A DNA stretch of 64,000 bases from Eledone cirrhosa (Eukaryota). The first letter of the stretch is position 1; every line of letters starts with the position of its first letter. This document shows, in pieces, positions 1-12,991 of this stretch. The notes beneath the pieces were generated by a model. The model did not search any database, was not told the DNA's origin, and saw nothing but the letters and a program-made list of their open reading frames with translations. The stretch lies in contig OZ024748.1 in NCBI GenBank assembly GCA_964016885.1, forward strand, positions 1,364,001 through 1,428,000, read 5' to 3'. The translations under genes and the position numbers were made by a program.

Positions 1-306
1 ATATATATATATATATATAGGAAAAGAGTGAGGACCCCAACAGCTGAGCTCCGGCCGTTTTGACAGCTAACAGCCGGAGCTCAACCGTCGGGGTCCTGAC
101 TCTTTTCCTATTACCCACTTTACTACCCTAAGTATTGAGTACTCTGGTGCGTTATGGTCCATCTGGTTTATTACCACCCTTTCTTTGTTTTATATATATA
201 TGTGTGTGTGTGTGTGTGTGCTTAAAATAAACAGAAATAACAACACAATAGGTACATTATATGGAAGGAATATATTAGTTTAACACTTGAAATAGCAGGA
301 AGGGGG

Positions 307-342
307 TCTTAACGTTTCGGGCGCTAGTCCTTCATTAGAAGA
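307..342 (-). ncRNA. Hammerhead motif, core-mutated (CUAAUGA) copy of the 51272 family
   Basis: TCTT CTAATGA AGGACTAGCGCCC GAA ACGT T AAGA. Confidence 0.55.
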
Positions 343-680
343 AAGAATGAGAAATTAAAAAGATTGAAGGGACGGGTAGGGCAGAATCGGAAAAAATGTT
401 TTTAGAGAAAAATAACAGGTCCGTTCATGCCGCCATCTCTTGGAAAATTGTTGATGTTGGCGTATATATATATCAGGATGGATTCAGTTTGAAACTGGTT
501 AGGCCATTACTCACCAGTATACTCGATACTTGGTATAACAGAGTATGGTTATCTCATAAAGAGTCAGGACCCCAACAGCTGAGCTCTTGCCGTTTCAACA
601 GCTAGTTCAAGAATGTCTTTGACAATAATATCTGGCCAATAAGTCTACATAAGTCTTTTTTTCTGTTGGTATTTCATAAT

Positions 681-2063
681 GAGGCAGCGAATTGTCAGAG
701 TGGTTAGAACGTCAGATAGAATGGCAGAGTGGTTAGAACGTCAGATAGAATGGCAGAGTGGTTAGGACGTCAGATAGAATGGCAGAGTGGTTAGGACGTC
801 AGATAGAATGGCAGAGTGGTTAGGACGTCAGATAGAATGGCAGAGTGGTTAGAACGTCAGATAGAATGGCAGAGTGGTTAGGACGTCAGATAGAATGGCA
901 GAGTGGTTAGGACGTCAAATAGAATGGCAGAGTGGTTAGAACGTCGGATAGAATGGCAGAGTGGTTAGAACGTCGGATAGAATGGCAGAGTGGTTAGAAC
1001 GTCAGATAGAATGGCAGAGTGGTTAGAACGTTGGATAGAATGGCAGAGTGGTTAGGACGTCAGATAGAATGGTAGAGTGGTTAGAACGTCAGATAGAATG
1101 GCAGAGTGGTTAGGACGTCAGATAGAATGGTAGAGTGGTTAGAACGTTGGATAGAATGGCAGAGTGGTTAGGACGTCAGATAGAATGGTAGAGTGGTTAG
1201 GACGTCAGATAGAATGGCAGAGAGGTTAGAACGTTGTATAGAATGGCAGAGTGGTTAGGACGTCAGATAGAATGGTAGAGTGGTTAGAACGTCAGATAGA
1301 ATGGCAGAGTGGTTAGGACGTCAGATAGAATGGCAGGGAGGTTAGAACGTTGAATAGAATGGCAGAGTGGTTAGGACGTCAGATAGAATGGTAGAGTGGT
1401 TAGGACGTCAGATAGAATGGCAGAGAGGTTAGAACGTTGTATAGAATGGCAGAGTGGTTAGGACGTCAGATAGAATGGTAGAGTGGTTAGAACGTCAGAT
1501 AGAATGGCAGAGTGGTTAGAACGTCAGATAGAATGGCAGAGTGGTTAGGACGTCAGATAGAATGGTAGAGTGGTTAGAACGTCAGATAGAATGGCAGAGT
1601 GGTTAGGACGTCAGATAGAATGGTAGAGTGGTTAGAACGTCAGATAGAATGGCAGAGAGGTTAGGACGTCAGATAGAATGGTAGAGTGGTTAGAACGTCA
1701 GATAGAATGGCAGAGAGGTTAGGACGTCAGATAGAATGGCAGAGTGGTTAGAACGTCAGATAGAATGGTAGAGTGGTTAGAACGTCAGATAGAATGGCAG
1801 AGAGGTTAGGACGTCAGATAGAATGGCAGAGTGGTTAGAACGTCAGATAGAATGGCAGAGTGGTTAGGACGTCAGATAGAATGGCAGATAGGTTAGGACG
1901 TCAGATAGAATGGCAGAGTGGTTAGAACGTCAGATAGAATGGCAGAGTGGTTAGAACGTCAGATAGAATGCTTTGTGTTATTCGTTCCAGCTCTCTGAGT
2001 TCAAATCCTGCCACGGTCAACTTTGCCTTTCATCCTTTTGAGGTCGATAAAATAAGTACCAGT
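681..2063 (+). mobile_element. tRNA-derived SINE (family A) with amplified A-box region
   Basis: A-box TGGCAGAGTGG, B-box GAGTTCAAATCC at 1997-2008, body ctttgcctttcatcc..gtcgataaaataagtaccagt shared with copies at 15088-15272, 29221-29411, 59960-60152 and partials. Confidence 0.82.
696..1970 (+). repeat. 29-bp minisatellite, ~44 copies (CAGAGTGGTTAGAACGTCAGATAGAATGG)
   Basis: Direct inspection. Confidence 0.97.
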
Positions 2064-2530
2064 CTAGTACTCAGGTTGATTCTTCCCCTCTCTCTCTGGA
2101 AGAAGTCTGCTGTACTCAGGCCTGGAGATATATTGTAGTCTGTTGTGACCAATATGTCAATTAGAAAATATTTATTTTCTTGGATTGTCTTTAATAACAA
2201 TATCTGGCCAATAAGTCTACATCTCTCTCTGTCTTTGTGTATTGGCATATCCAAGTGTATTGTTGCTCCGTCGAGCTTAAAATGCCCGAGAAATGCCGTA
2301 CGTCAATACGGTGCCAGTACGACTCTATCAGGAGTTACAGGACCATACAATTTCAGAATACTTACATAACTTCCAGTCATGCTCCAGTTCTCTCAGCTCA
2401 GACACAAATCAGTACCAGAATCAACTGGACCTTAAACCTACCATGGATTGGCACCAACAACTAGGTTTACTTGTCCAGTTGCTTAACGCCAATAAAACTA
2501 AGATATGGTCTTCTTGTTTATATTTTCTAG

Positions 2531-2695
2531 GTTAAAGCTACGATGAAGTTCACGACTTTGAGGAAAGAAGCAGCAGACAATGCTACAAAGTTGTTCAATA
2601 TTACAAATATCACGAATTCAACTACTAAAAGAGCATTTCAATCTATCACAAACTTGGGACCAGCGGCTTCTTCAGACGTTGCCAAACTTGAGAAA
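2531..2695 (+). CDS. ACE: ACE-like peptidase M2, first exon visible in window (phase 0-0)
   Basis: ttttctag acceptor, gtaag donor; VKATMKFTTLRKEAADNATKLFNITNITNSTTKRAFQSITNLGPAASSDVAKLEK resembles the ACE N-terminal lid helices; frame joins the next exon. Confidence 0.8.
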
Positions 2696-2707
2696 GTAAG
2701 TATCCTT

Positions 2708-2760
<53 letters not shown>

Positions 2761-3107
2761 TGAAGTAATTCCGTCGGAAAAGTCCAGGAAAAAAGAGTGC
2801 TCTATGTAGGTAACAGAGCTTATATTTGTTGGAGATTTCTTCATAGAAGCCTTATTCTTATAGCTTGATCTATTCGATTTTTTATATGGTTAATTATGCT
2901 AATTGGGAGAGGAAATGGTATATATTTTATCTGGTGATTCTATAGACATGTTTTATGATATATAACTGTGATTATTTAATTTATTAACTTTTCATTGAGC
3001 CACAAAGTGACCCGTTGCAAAACACGTATATGTATATATGTATATATATATATATATGTAAACCTTTATATATATATATATGTTTGTATATATATATGTA
3101 TATGAAT

Positions 3108-3152
<45 letters not shown>

Positions 3153-3153
3153 T

Positions 3154-3186
<33 letters not shown>

Positions 3187-3194
3187 AATATACA

Positions 3195-3850
3195 TAGAGA
3201 TAAGAGGGATCAGATGTTGTTTACTCGAGAGAAGGCTACGTTGGTATGGACACGTGATGCGCATGAAAGTCGATAGCTGTATAACAAAGTGCAGGGCAAT
3301 AAAGATAGACGGTAGTCACGGAATAGGCAAACCTAGAAAAACCTGGGACGAGCTGATAAACTCCGACATCACACACTTACACCTCTCCAAGACAATGTCA
3401 CTGGACCGAGACCTTTGGCGGTACTCAGTAACAGAGAAGACCCGCCTTACCTAAATATATAGTAAAACCTACTCCAGCCAGTAGGCATCTCTAACAAAAT
3501 ACACCCCGTCCCACCACCACCACCCCCACCCCATCCACACCACCCCGTTCTATGTAAAGTTATGTTGGTGCTGCGCCATCCAGGCCGAAACAAATGAGAT
3601 CGTGTAGGTGTCACGACAAAAAAACACACAGTCCACGCTGTAATGTGGCCGTGTAGGCAACACGGTAAAAACCTCCCAGACCCACACTGTAAATGTGGTT
3701 GGTGTTAGGAAGGGCATCCAACTGTAGAAAACCTGCCAGACAGTCCTATGCGAGCAAGACAATCACTCTTGCCTCAAGTGGGACTACCCCCGTCCAAACC
3801 CATGCAAGCGTGGAACACGGACGTTAAAGGTTGATGATGATGATGATGAT
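3195..3850 (+). mobile_element. Short 3' copy of the same RTE LINE
   Basis: Nearly identical to ~5168-5820, including the (GAT)n tail. Confidence 0.9.
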
Positions 3851-3852
3851 AC

Positions 3853-3907
<55 letters not shown>

Positions 3908-4003
3908 TACATGTATATGTATGTATATGTATATATATATATATACATATATATATGTATGTATATGTATATATATATATATATATACATATATATATGT
4001 ATG

Positions 4004-4034
<31 letters not shown>

Positions 4035-4038
4035 ATGA

Positions 4039-4080
<42 letters not shown>

Positions 4081-4123
4081 TCTTTTACCTGTTTCAGCCA
4101 TCCGGCTGAGGCCATGCTGGGGC

Positions 4124-4167
<44 letters not shown>

Positions 4168-4170
<3 letters not shown>

Positions 4171-5825
4171 GCTAAAGGTAAACCCCTCTACTTAGCTTTT
4201 GTCGACTTGGAGAAAGCCTTCGACAGAGTCCCCCGCTCCATTATCTGGTGGGCTCTTAGAAAACTAGGCGTTGACGAATGGCTTGTGAGGGCTATACAAG
4301 CCATGTATAAAGAAACAGTCAGCAAGGTTAGAATTAACAACGAATATAGTGAAGAGTTTAGCGTAAAAGTTGGCGTCCATCAGGGCTCTGTTCTCAGCCC
4401 ACTACTATTTATTATTGCCCTTCAGGCTATAACAGAGGAGTTCAAGACAGGCTGCCCATGGGAACTCCTATACGCAGACGACCTGACACTCATAGCGGAA
4501 TCAATGGCCGAGCTAGAGAAGAAATTCCAAACATGGAAGCACGGCCTAGAGTCAAAAGGACTTAAAATTAACCTGGCTAAGACCAAAGTACTAGTTTGTA
4601 GGAAAGAAAACAAGGCGGCGGTCCCTTCTGGGAAATGGTCGTGCTCGGTGTGTAGGAAAGGCGTAGGTAGAAACTCCATTTTATGTCCTAAATGCAAAGT
4701 ATGGGTGCATAAAAGATGTAGTGGGATCACAGGTAAGCTAACTAAGAACATAGATTTTACATGTGGCCGGTGCTCTGGTGCAATAAGTAGCAGCAAGTGC
4801 CCACAAAATACTAGCTCTTTCAATTGCGCAGAGGGTTCTATAGAAATAGTGGACAGCTTCCGTTACCTGGGCGATAAAATCAGCAGTGGGGGAGGGTGCT
4901 CTGAAAGTACTGTAGCTAGAGTCAGAACTGGTTGGAAAAAGTTCAGAGAGCTTATACCACTATTAGCTGCTAAAGAGTTCTCACTAAAAATGAAAGGCAG
5001 GTTGTACGATGCCTGCATACGAACAGCAATGCTGCATGGCAGTGAGACCTGGGCATTGTGTGCAGAGGATATACGCAGACTAGAGAGGAACGAAGCTTGC
5101 ATGCTCCGCTGGATGTGTAACAGTAATATACGTGAACGGCAAAGCATAAACGAACTAAGGAAAAAATTAGAGATAAGAGGGATCAGATGTTGTTTACTCG
5201 AGAGAAGGCTACGTTGGTATGGACACGTGATGCGCATGAAAGTCGATAGCTGTATAACAAAGTGCAGGGCAATAAAGATAGACAGTAGTCACGGAATAGG
5301 CAGACCTAGAAAAACCTGGGACGAGCTGATAAACTCCGACATCACACACTTACACCTCTCCAAGACAATGTCACTGGACCGAGACCTTTGGCGGTACTCA
5401 GTAACAGAGAAGACCCGCCTTACCTAAATATATAGTAAAACCTACTCCAGCCAGTAGGCATCTCTAACAAAATACACCCCGTCCCACCACCACCACCCCC
5501 ATCTCATCCACACCACCCCGTTCTATGTAAAGTTATGTTGGTGCCGCGCCATCGAGGCCGAAACAAATGAGATCGTGTAGGTGTCACGACAAAAAAACAC
5601 ACAGTCCACGCTGTAATGTGGCCGTGTAGGCAACACGGTAAAAACCTCCCAGACCCACACTGTAAATGTGGTTGGTGTTAGGAAGGGCATCCAACTGTAG
5701 AAAACCTGCCAGACAGTCCTATGCGAGCAAGACAATCACTCTTGCCTCAAGTGGGACTACCCCCGTCCAAACCCATGCAAGCGTGGAACACGGACGTTAA
5801 ACGTTGATGATGATGATGATGATGA

Positions 5826-5828
<3 letters not shown>
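4168..5828 (+). mobile_element. 5'-truncated RTE-clade LINE (RT C-half with Cys-rich insert, 3'UTR, (GAT)n tail)
   Basis: [51 protein letters not shown]; open frame to 5427. Confidence 0.93.
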
Positions 5829-5907
<79 letters not shown>

Positions 5908-6090
5908 ATATATATATATATATATACATATATATATGTATGTATATATATATATATATATATACATATATATATGTATGTATATATATATATATGTATA
6001 TATACATATATATATGTATGTATGTATATGTATATACATATATATATATATAATATATAAGAACAAAAGATGGTTAAAGGAGTTCCATGT

Positions 6091-6159
6091 ATTTTATTAT
6101 GCGCATTTCAAAAACAAATATCATCATGCAATAATATTTGAGTTTTCATCAGATAAAAC
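6091..6159 (-). ncRNA. Type I hammerhead ribozyme motif
   Basis: GTTTTAT-CTGATGA-long AT stem II-GAA-ATGCGCAT (palindrome)-A-ATAAAAT; paralog at 51444-51512. Confidence 0.8.
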
Positions 6160-6502
6160 AGGAAGACATGATATGAAGTATATTATGTATACTCCAGTCC
6201 TACAAACTGTAGAGTGCTTCTTGTCCGATATCTGCATTGCTTTATTGTACTACAATAAAACTCACCTCCTACATATATATATATATATATAGAATGATTA
6301 GGTATCGAGAGAGAGAAGTGAATGGAAAGATGGTCGATACATATATTTAGTTGCCAATAGTTTATGTGTGTTCAATACTCGTGCCTACAGGGTTAAATAT
6401 TAGAGGCGTCAATATTTAGTGGGCGAGAAAAAATAAGCAGAGCGATTATAAAGGAAATGAATACAAAGAGTTTAAAACCGTTAAAATATGTTTATATAAT
6501 TG

Positions 6503-6545
6503 TGCACCTACTTAAGTTTCGCCCTGAGCGAGTTTATCAAGGGCA
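6503..6545 (-). ncRNA. Hammerhead motif, U3-A8 core variant
   Basis: TGCCC TTGATAA ACTCGCTCAGGGC GAA ACTTAAGT A GGTGCA. Confidence 0.75.
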
Positions 6546-7027
6546 TGGAAAGCAAAATAATGTTCAATATAGGACCCAGGAGGGAATTTATGGTTAAATT
6601 AATATCATCATTCATTTTCTCCTCTGTGCATGTGTTTTTATTATCACAGAACAGGGGGAGTAACTCTGGCCGGTGTTCAAGCAATCAGTCCCATGTGGAT
6701 TTTAATGCCTGTTCATATGCTGGTGTTTAGCATCTTTATATTATGTGTGTTGTTTCACTAGTGCCAGTACAGGTCGGGTCTGGAGTGTCCATTTATTATT
6801 TAGTGGATATTGCTTCACTAATGTTTGTTCGAGTATGGTCTGCGGTGTACATTTGGTTCACAGATGTTTGTTCATACTGCCTGCCCAGCGGGGTGTTATG
6901 GTTCGGGCAGGAGGACCCAGTTCGTAGTTTTCATGTCACAGTCGCCTCTCAGGCAAAATGAATGATGATGTTAATTTAACCATAAATTCCCTCCTGGGTC
7001 CTATATTGAACATTACTTTGCTTTCCA

Positions 7028-7070
7028 TGCCCTTGATAAACCCGCTCAGGGCGAAACGTACGTAGGTGCA
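7028..7070 (+). ncRNA. Hammerhead motif, U3-A8 core variant (mirror of 6503)
   Basis: TGCCC TTGATAA ACCCGCTCAGGGC GAA ACGTACGT A GGTGCA. Confidence 0.75.
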
Positions 7071-7134
7071 CAATTATATAAACATGTTTTAACGGTTTTA
7101 AACCCTTTGTATTCATTTCCTTTATATATACACG

Positions 7135-7205
<71 letters not shown>

Positions 7206-7675
7206 AAATGGGGAGAAGAATACTACAGGTTGCACATGGATAACATGTAATAAAATGAGTCCCTCATCAGTGATTTGCCGACGATCATAGATATTTCATT
7301 GCATTAAAAATCATATACCTCACGTCGGTGCAATAATAACTAAATTAAGTTATTAGGACAATTAAAACGCGTAAAGCGAGTGAGACAAGATAACAACAAA
7401 GAGGAGAGCTAACCGTAGAAGGAAGGGAACAAGCTACATAGTTATTCTGTTAGCATAAGCTAGGTGAATATATGAGGGCTTAGAAACAAGACCTTTAAGT
7501 AAGTGCCGTACTAAGAGTGAGAAATGAAATTTCGTTTTCATTTTATTTCAACTTATCGTTTTCGGTATGCCTGACCGACTTAACTCACTCGATATGCAAA
7601 TTAGGCTGCTCAGCCGTTAATTTTCATAAGGAAAGTATATACTTTCGAACGTTCAACTATCTGGCAGAAGGGTAT

Positions 7676-7718
7676 ACGGTGCTGATGATAGCTAACAAGC
7701 TTGAAACTAGTACATCGT
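7676..7718 (+). ncRNA. Minimal type I hammerhead ribozyme motif
   Basis: ACGGTG CTGATGA T-AGCT-AACA-AGCT-T GAA ACTAGT A CATCGT; 6-bp stem I, palindromic stem III, GUA site. Confidence 0.82.
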
Positions 7719-7868
7719 TCCTGTGTCAGTGTTGAACAAAAAGGTGACGTGGTTGCCTTAACACCGTACGGCATAAATTCAGGCTCTTCAGTTTGTTTAC
7801 AAACGAACAAAGCGGCGTTATAATAAGCGTCCGCTAAACTGATACGTGCATATATGTATGTGTACCTG

Positions 7869-7936
<68 letters not shown>

Positions 7937-8063
7937 TGCTACTGTACGTCTGTATACATATATGTATGTACGTATACATACATACTTACATTTAAGTAAG
8001 TGCCGTACTAAGAGTGAGAAATGAAATTTCGTTTTCATTTTATTTCAACTTATATATATATAC

Positions 8064-8222
<159 letters not shown>

Positions 8223-8543
8223 TATATATATATACGTATATATATATACGTATATATATATATATATTTATATATATACGTATATATATATACGTATATC
8301 TATCTATCTAAGGCGGGTAAAATTCCCGAGATCCATGGACGAGTTCTCTCCAGCGGTCTCTGTCCCTCATTATCGCTGCCATATCCTGCATCTCCAACAG
8401 ACCAGTGTCTGTCCTTAGGGCATCAACATATGTTAACCTTGGTCTTCCTCTTCTAGTGTGTCCATGTAGGGGCTCCCAAAGGAGCACTGAGTGCAATGTC
8501 AACTCTGGATGTCGGTGAGCATGTCCAGCCAACCTCTATATAC

Positions 8544-8605
<62 letters not shown>

Positions 8606-8683
8606 GTATATATATATATATATATATATATACGTATATATATATATATATATATATATACGTATATATATATATATATATAC

Positions 8684-8719
<36 letters not shown>

Positions 8720-8863
8720 GTATATATATATATATATACGTATATATATATATATATATATATATACGTATATATATATATATATATACGTATATATATA
8801 TATATATATATACGTATATATATATATATATATATATATATACGTATATATATATACGTATAT

Positions 8864-10920
8864 ATGAAATATAAGAATCAAAGAACTGTTCAAAACATTA
8901 TTGTGCTTACAGCTGTTTCCTCCAAACCGAGGTTTGGATTCTTCGGAGCAATTTATTAATGCATGGACAGTTATATGACCTCCTTTTCAGCCGAGAGACA
9001 TACCGATACATATTCAAACATTGATACATATTCAAACATTGTGGGTCAACATTCATTACAGAATTTAGAGTGGCAGTACACACTTCGAGATTACATTTAT
9101 ATTAAGAGGTACAATCAAAAATCAAAATACAGGTTAAAATACAACATGAAGATAAGCGGTTATATAGTGCAAATGTTATATGTGTGGCACGCATGTGCGT
9201 CTTGTTTATATAGTGTGGCAGAGAGATATGTGTGGTAGAGGCACTTAGGTAGGTAAACAAGAGTGTTAGGTTGGTAGATCTGGTGGCAAATTCTTTATAT
9301 GATTGATATAGTCTGTGTGTGGAGAAATATTATAAGCATTAAAAATAGTGCAAGCATTAAAAGTGTTAAAAGTATTGGAGATGCACAGCGCAGGGAAGTC
9401 AAGTATTTCATGTACTTCGGCATTTTCATGGTCAGGGGAGTGTATTTTTCGATTATATGCCCTTCACATAATCCACGACAATCCAGTTAGAGATCGTAGT
9501 CTGGTGTTCTTTAGTTCAATACAGGAGGCTATTTCGTTTCGAGAAACGCCATTGAATACCGCCCGGAAGTGTGTGTGTGTGGCTAAGGGGAGTTAATGCA
9601 TGCGGGGAGGTAACTCTGGGGTTTCTATACCTAGCTATTAAAATGTGTCCCAATATAGACCCTAATTTCTATGGTGATGCGCATCCTCCAAGAGAAATTT
9701 TTAAAGCATAAAGTGTATTAACTATAGAGTAGTTTAATTAAGTTATGCTGAAGGTGATCATATTATTATGGTGGATTAACCCATCGTAAGGTGCCACAAA
9801 TGGAAATTATAGATGATGAGCGAGGATTCTAAATAATGATCTCTGTGGTCGTAGTCTACTCATAGGACCAGGCGCGGTGATTGCAGGATTGCTTCAGGAC
9901 CCAATGATCTCTGGTAAGATCTGGGTCATCGCTTGCTACATTGGATGTCGAGAGATAATCATCCCCAGGCCGGCCAGAGATCAATCCGCAGTCCTCGCGA
10001 CCCTTCTCTGACCGTCAGATCATCCATATATGTACAACCCGCACGGCTGTTGCAATGCATTCACTCATTGTGCTCAGCAGCCCGGTCCTACTGGTCAACA
10101 GTGTTACTAGATTAAAGCATTTTTCATCTGTCTAAGGAAGGTGTTTCCTCTGCACAACACTATCCAACCGATCAATTCATGCTCAAATTACCCTTAGAGC
10201 GGTGTAGTGCCGTTCAAGTGGGTGGATGTTGTCACACCTGCCGTAGAGGTATAAATGGGTATTCTCCCTGCGAAGGGTTCCAGAGGGATGTCGTTGTTTG
10301 TGTTATAATAGATCAGTTAGTGTTGGGTATGTAGTATAAGGTGTGTCTCTGGTGTTTGATGCTAGATGTGGTGTTAGGTTCCAGTCCGACATTGCTATAT
10401 ATTGGGCTTAAAGTTTTGGAAGAAATGTCTGAAGCGGTGCTGGCAAGTTGCAAACACCTCAGATTTTTTGTTAAGTAGGTTACGGTTGAAGAAGATAATA
10501 TTGTGTGTCTCTAGTATACAGAGGTTACAAAATTTATTAGGTGGTTTGTACGAGGTCGCGCTGCCTATCACCTCCCATTTGAGTGTGTATGGTTTATTTT
10601 TAGATTTTAGATAGTGTATGTAGCTAGAAAGTGAGATGGAGTTTGCTAGGCTGTGCTTTTTGAACGAGTGGATGTGCGAATTATATCTGATTTTGAAGCA
10701 GTTAGAAGTGGAGCCTACAATAATGTTTTGAACAGTTCTTTGATTCTTATATTTCATATAACTGCTCTGTAAATCATCTGATGTTTTTACATTGAGCTAC
10801 TTAACTTACTGGTAATAAGGTAGTAATACATTACTGCCTACCACTATTTAGGGTGTGTGTAAAATACTTATAACTGCATAAGGTTTTGTATTTACATAAC
10901 CATAAATAGTATAACTAATA
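8864..10920 (-). mobile_element. Penelope-like element remnant: GIY-YIG endonuclease C-terminus, long 3' region, HHR, inverted terminal segment
   Basis: ORF 10395-10716 VGSTSNCFKIRYNSHIHSF..LSSYIHYLK..KWEVI..CNLCILE..LLNKKSE..CQH; 8864-8904 is inverted at 10717-10757; flanked by (TA)n. Confidence 0.82.
8904..8950 (-). ncRNA. Hammerhead motif (CCGAAGA core) at the 3' end of a PLE
   Basis: TGCT CCGAAGA A-TCCAAAC-CTCG-GTTTGGA-G GAA ACAGCTGT A AGCA. Confidence 0.72.
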
Positions 10921-10957
10921 CTATACGTATATATATATATATATGTATATATATACG

Positions 10958-10995
<38 letters not shown>

Positions 10996-10996
10996 C

Positions 10997-11038
<42 letters not shown>

Positions 11039-11084
11039 GTATATATATATATATATATACGTATATATATATATATATATATAC

Positions 11085-11130
<46 letters not shown>

Positions 11131-11252
11131 GTATATATATATATATATACGTATATATATATATATATATATATATACGTATATATATATATATATATAT
11201 ATACGTATATATATATATATATATATACGTATATATATATATATATATATAC

Positions 11253-11286
<34 letters not shown>

Positions 11287-11464
11287 GTATATATATATGT
11301 ATATATATATACGTATATATATATATATGTATATATATGCATATATATATATATATACATACACACACACACATATATATAGATAGATATATATACGTAT
11401 ATATATATGTATATATACATATATATATATGTATATATACATATATATATATGTATATATATGC

Positions 11465-11499
<35 letters not shown>

Positions 11500-11517
11500 T
11501 ATATATAGATAGATATG

Positions 11518-11548
<31 letters not shown>

Positions 11549-11566
11549 ATATGTATATGCATATAT

Positions 11567-12401
11567 CATCATCATCGTCGTTTAACGTCCATCTTCCACG
11601 CTAGCATGGGTTTGGATGGGAATTTTCCCACTTGAGGCAAGATTGGTTGTCTTGCTCATATAGGACTGTCTGGCGGGTTTTCTATGGCTGGATGCCCTTC
11701 CTAACACCAACCACATTTACAGTGTGGACTGGGAGGTTTTTACCGTGTTACCTACACGGCCACATTACAGCGTGGACTGTGTGTTTTTTGTTGTGACACC
11801 TACACGACCTCATTTATTTAGGACTGGATGTTGTGGTACCAACATAACTTTACATCGAAAGTGGTGGTGTAGATGGGGTGGGGGTAGTGGGACGGGGGTG
11901 TATTTTGGTTAAGAGGTGCCTACTGACTGTAGGTTTCGCTTTGCACTTAGGCAAGGCGGGTCTTCTGTATTACTGCGTAGTGCCAAAGATCTCGGTCCAG
12001 TGACATTGTCTTGGAGAGGTGTAAGTGTGTGAGCTCGGAATTTATCAAGTCGTCCCAGGTTTTTCTGGGTGTGCCTACTCCGTGGCTACGGTCTATTTTG
12101 ATCGCCCTGCACTTTTTTATACAGCTGTCCACTTTCATGCGCATCACATGACCATACCAAAGTAGTCTTCTCTCTAGTAAATAGCATCTGATCCCTCTTA
12201 TTCCTAATTTCTCCCTTAGCTCATTTATGCTTTACCGTTCACGTATATTACTATTACACATCCAACGGAGTATGCAAGCTTCGTTCCTCTCCAGTCTGCG
12301 TATATCCTCTGCACACAATGCCAAAGTCTCACTGCCATGTAACATCACTGTTCGTATGCAGGCATCATACAGCCTGCCTTTCATTTTTAGAGAGAAACCT
12401 T
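11567..12401 (-). mobile_element. RTE LINE 3' fragment
   Basis: [22 protein letters not shown]; same 3'UTR and tail. Confidence 0.88.
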
Positions 12402-12586
12402 TATACATACATATATATATACATAAATAAGCGCCAAAATATCTGGATCGTGGATTTACAGCTTCTTTTCTCCTCTTGTTCCGTCCAAACCACCATCCTA
12501 AACCTTATATATATATATATATATATATGTATACGTATGTATAGATAGGTATATATGTATATGTATATATATAAAATTTCCTTCAG

Positions 12587-12674
12587 ATTGCTAACATTGA
12601 GGCTAACATGAGCAAGGTATATGCAAGCAGCAAAGTCAAAATTGATGGCAAGATACTACCACTCCAGCCTGATG
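12587..12674 (+). CDS. ACE: ACE exon (phase 0-1)
   Basis: cttcag/gtaag; IANIEANMSKVYASSKVKIDGKILPLQPD matches the ACE M..IYS.A.V....L.LEPD region. Confidence 0.88.
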
Positions 12675-12935
12675 GTAAGATGCTTTTTATACTAGTGAGA
12701 ATATACATGTGTGTGTGTATACACGTTATATATCCATATATAATAGGAAGACACACATACATACATATATACATATTTGTGTGTGCATCTGTTTATGTGT
12801 ATGTATGTTTACATATATATGTATACATGTGTATAAGAGTGTGTTTGTATGTATATATAAGTGTGTGATATATATATATAAATATGTATAGTGACGAAAC
12901 ATAAGTCAATTGCATGAGCTCATAATCCTTTATTT

Positions 12936-12991
12936 ACTGCTATATATATTTCGATGATAGCCATTGAATGGCTATGACCTTATCAGGCAGT
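12936..12991 (-). ncRNA. Hammerhead motif (CUGAUAA core variant)
   Basis: ACTGC CTGATAA GGTCATAGCCATT-C-AATGGCTATCATC GAA ATATATAT A GCAGT. Confidence 0.7.

Larger units (their letters stand above)
6447..7126. repeat. Inverted repeat, ~170-bp arms, ~340-bp spacer
   Basis: 6447-6617 is the reverse complement of 6955-7126 with a few substitutions. Confidence 0.92.

Noticed and set aside
696-1970. CRISPR-like 29-bp periodicity
   Set aside because: No unique spacers, eukaryotic context, unit derives from a SINE head
2145-2535. Short ORFs upstream of the first ACE exon as a possible signal-peptide exon
   Set aside because: No ACE N-terminal motif (W.Y.TNIT) or suitable donor; 5' exons are probably outside the window
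7258-7302. Possible type II hammerhead on the minus strand (GAAA..TGAT/ATCA CTGATGA)
   Set aside because: Stem II cannot form and stem III is mismatched
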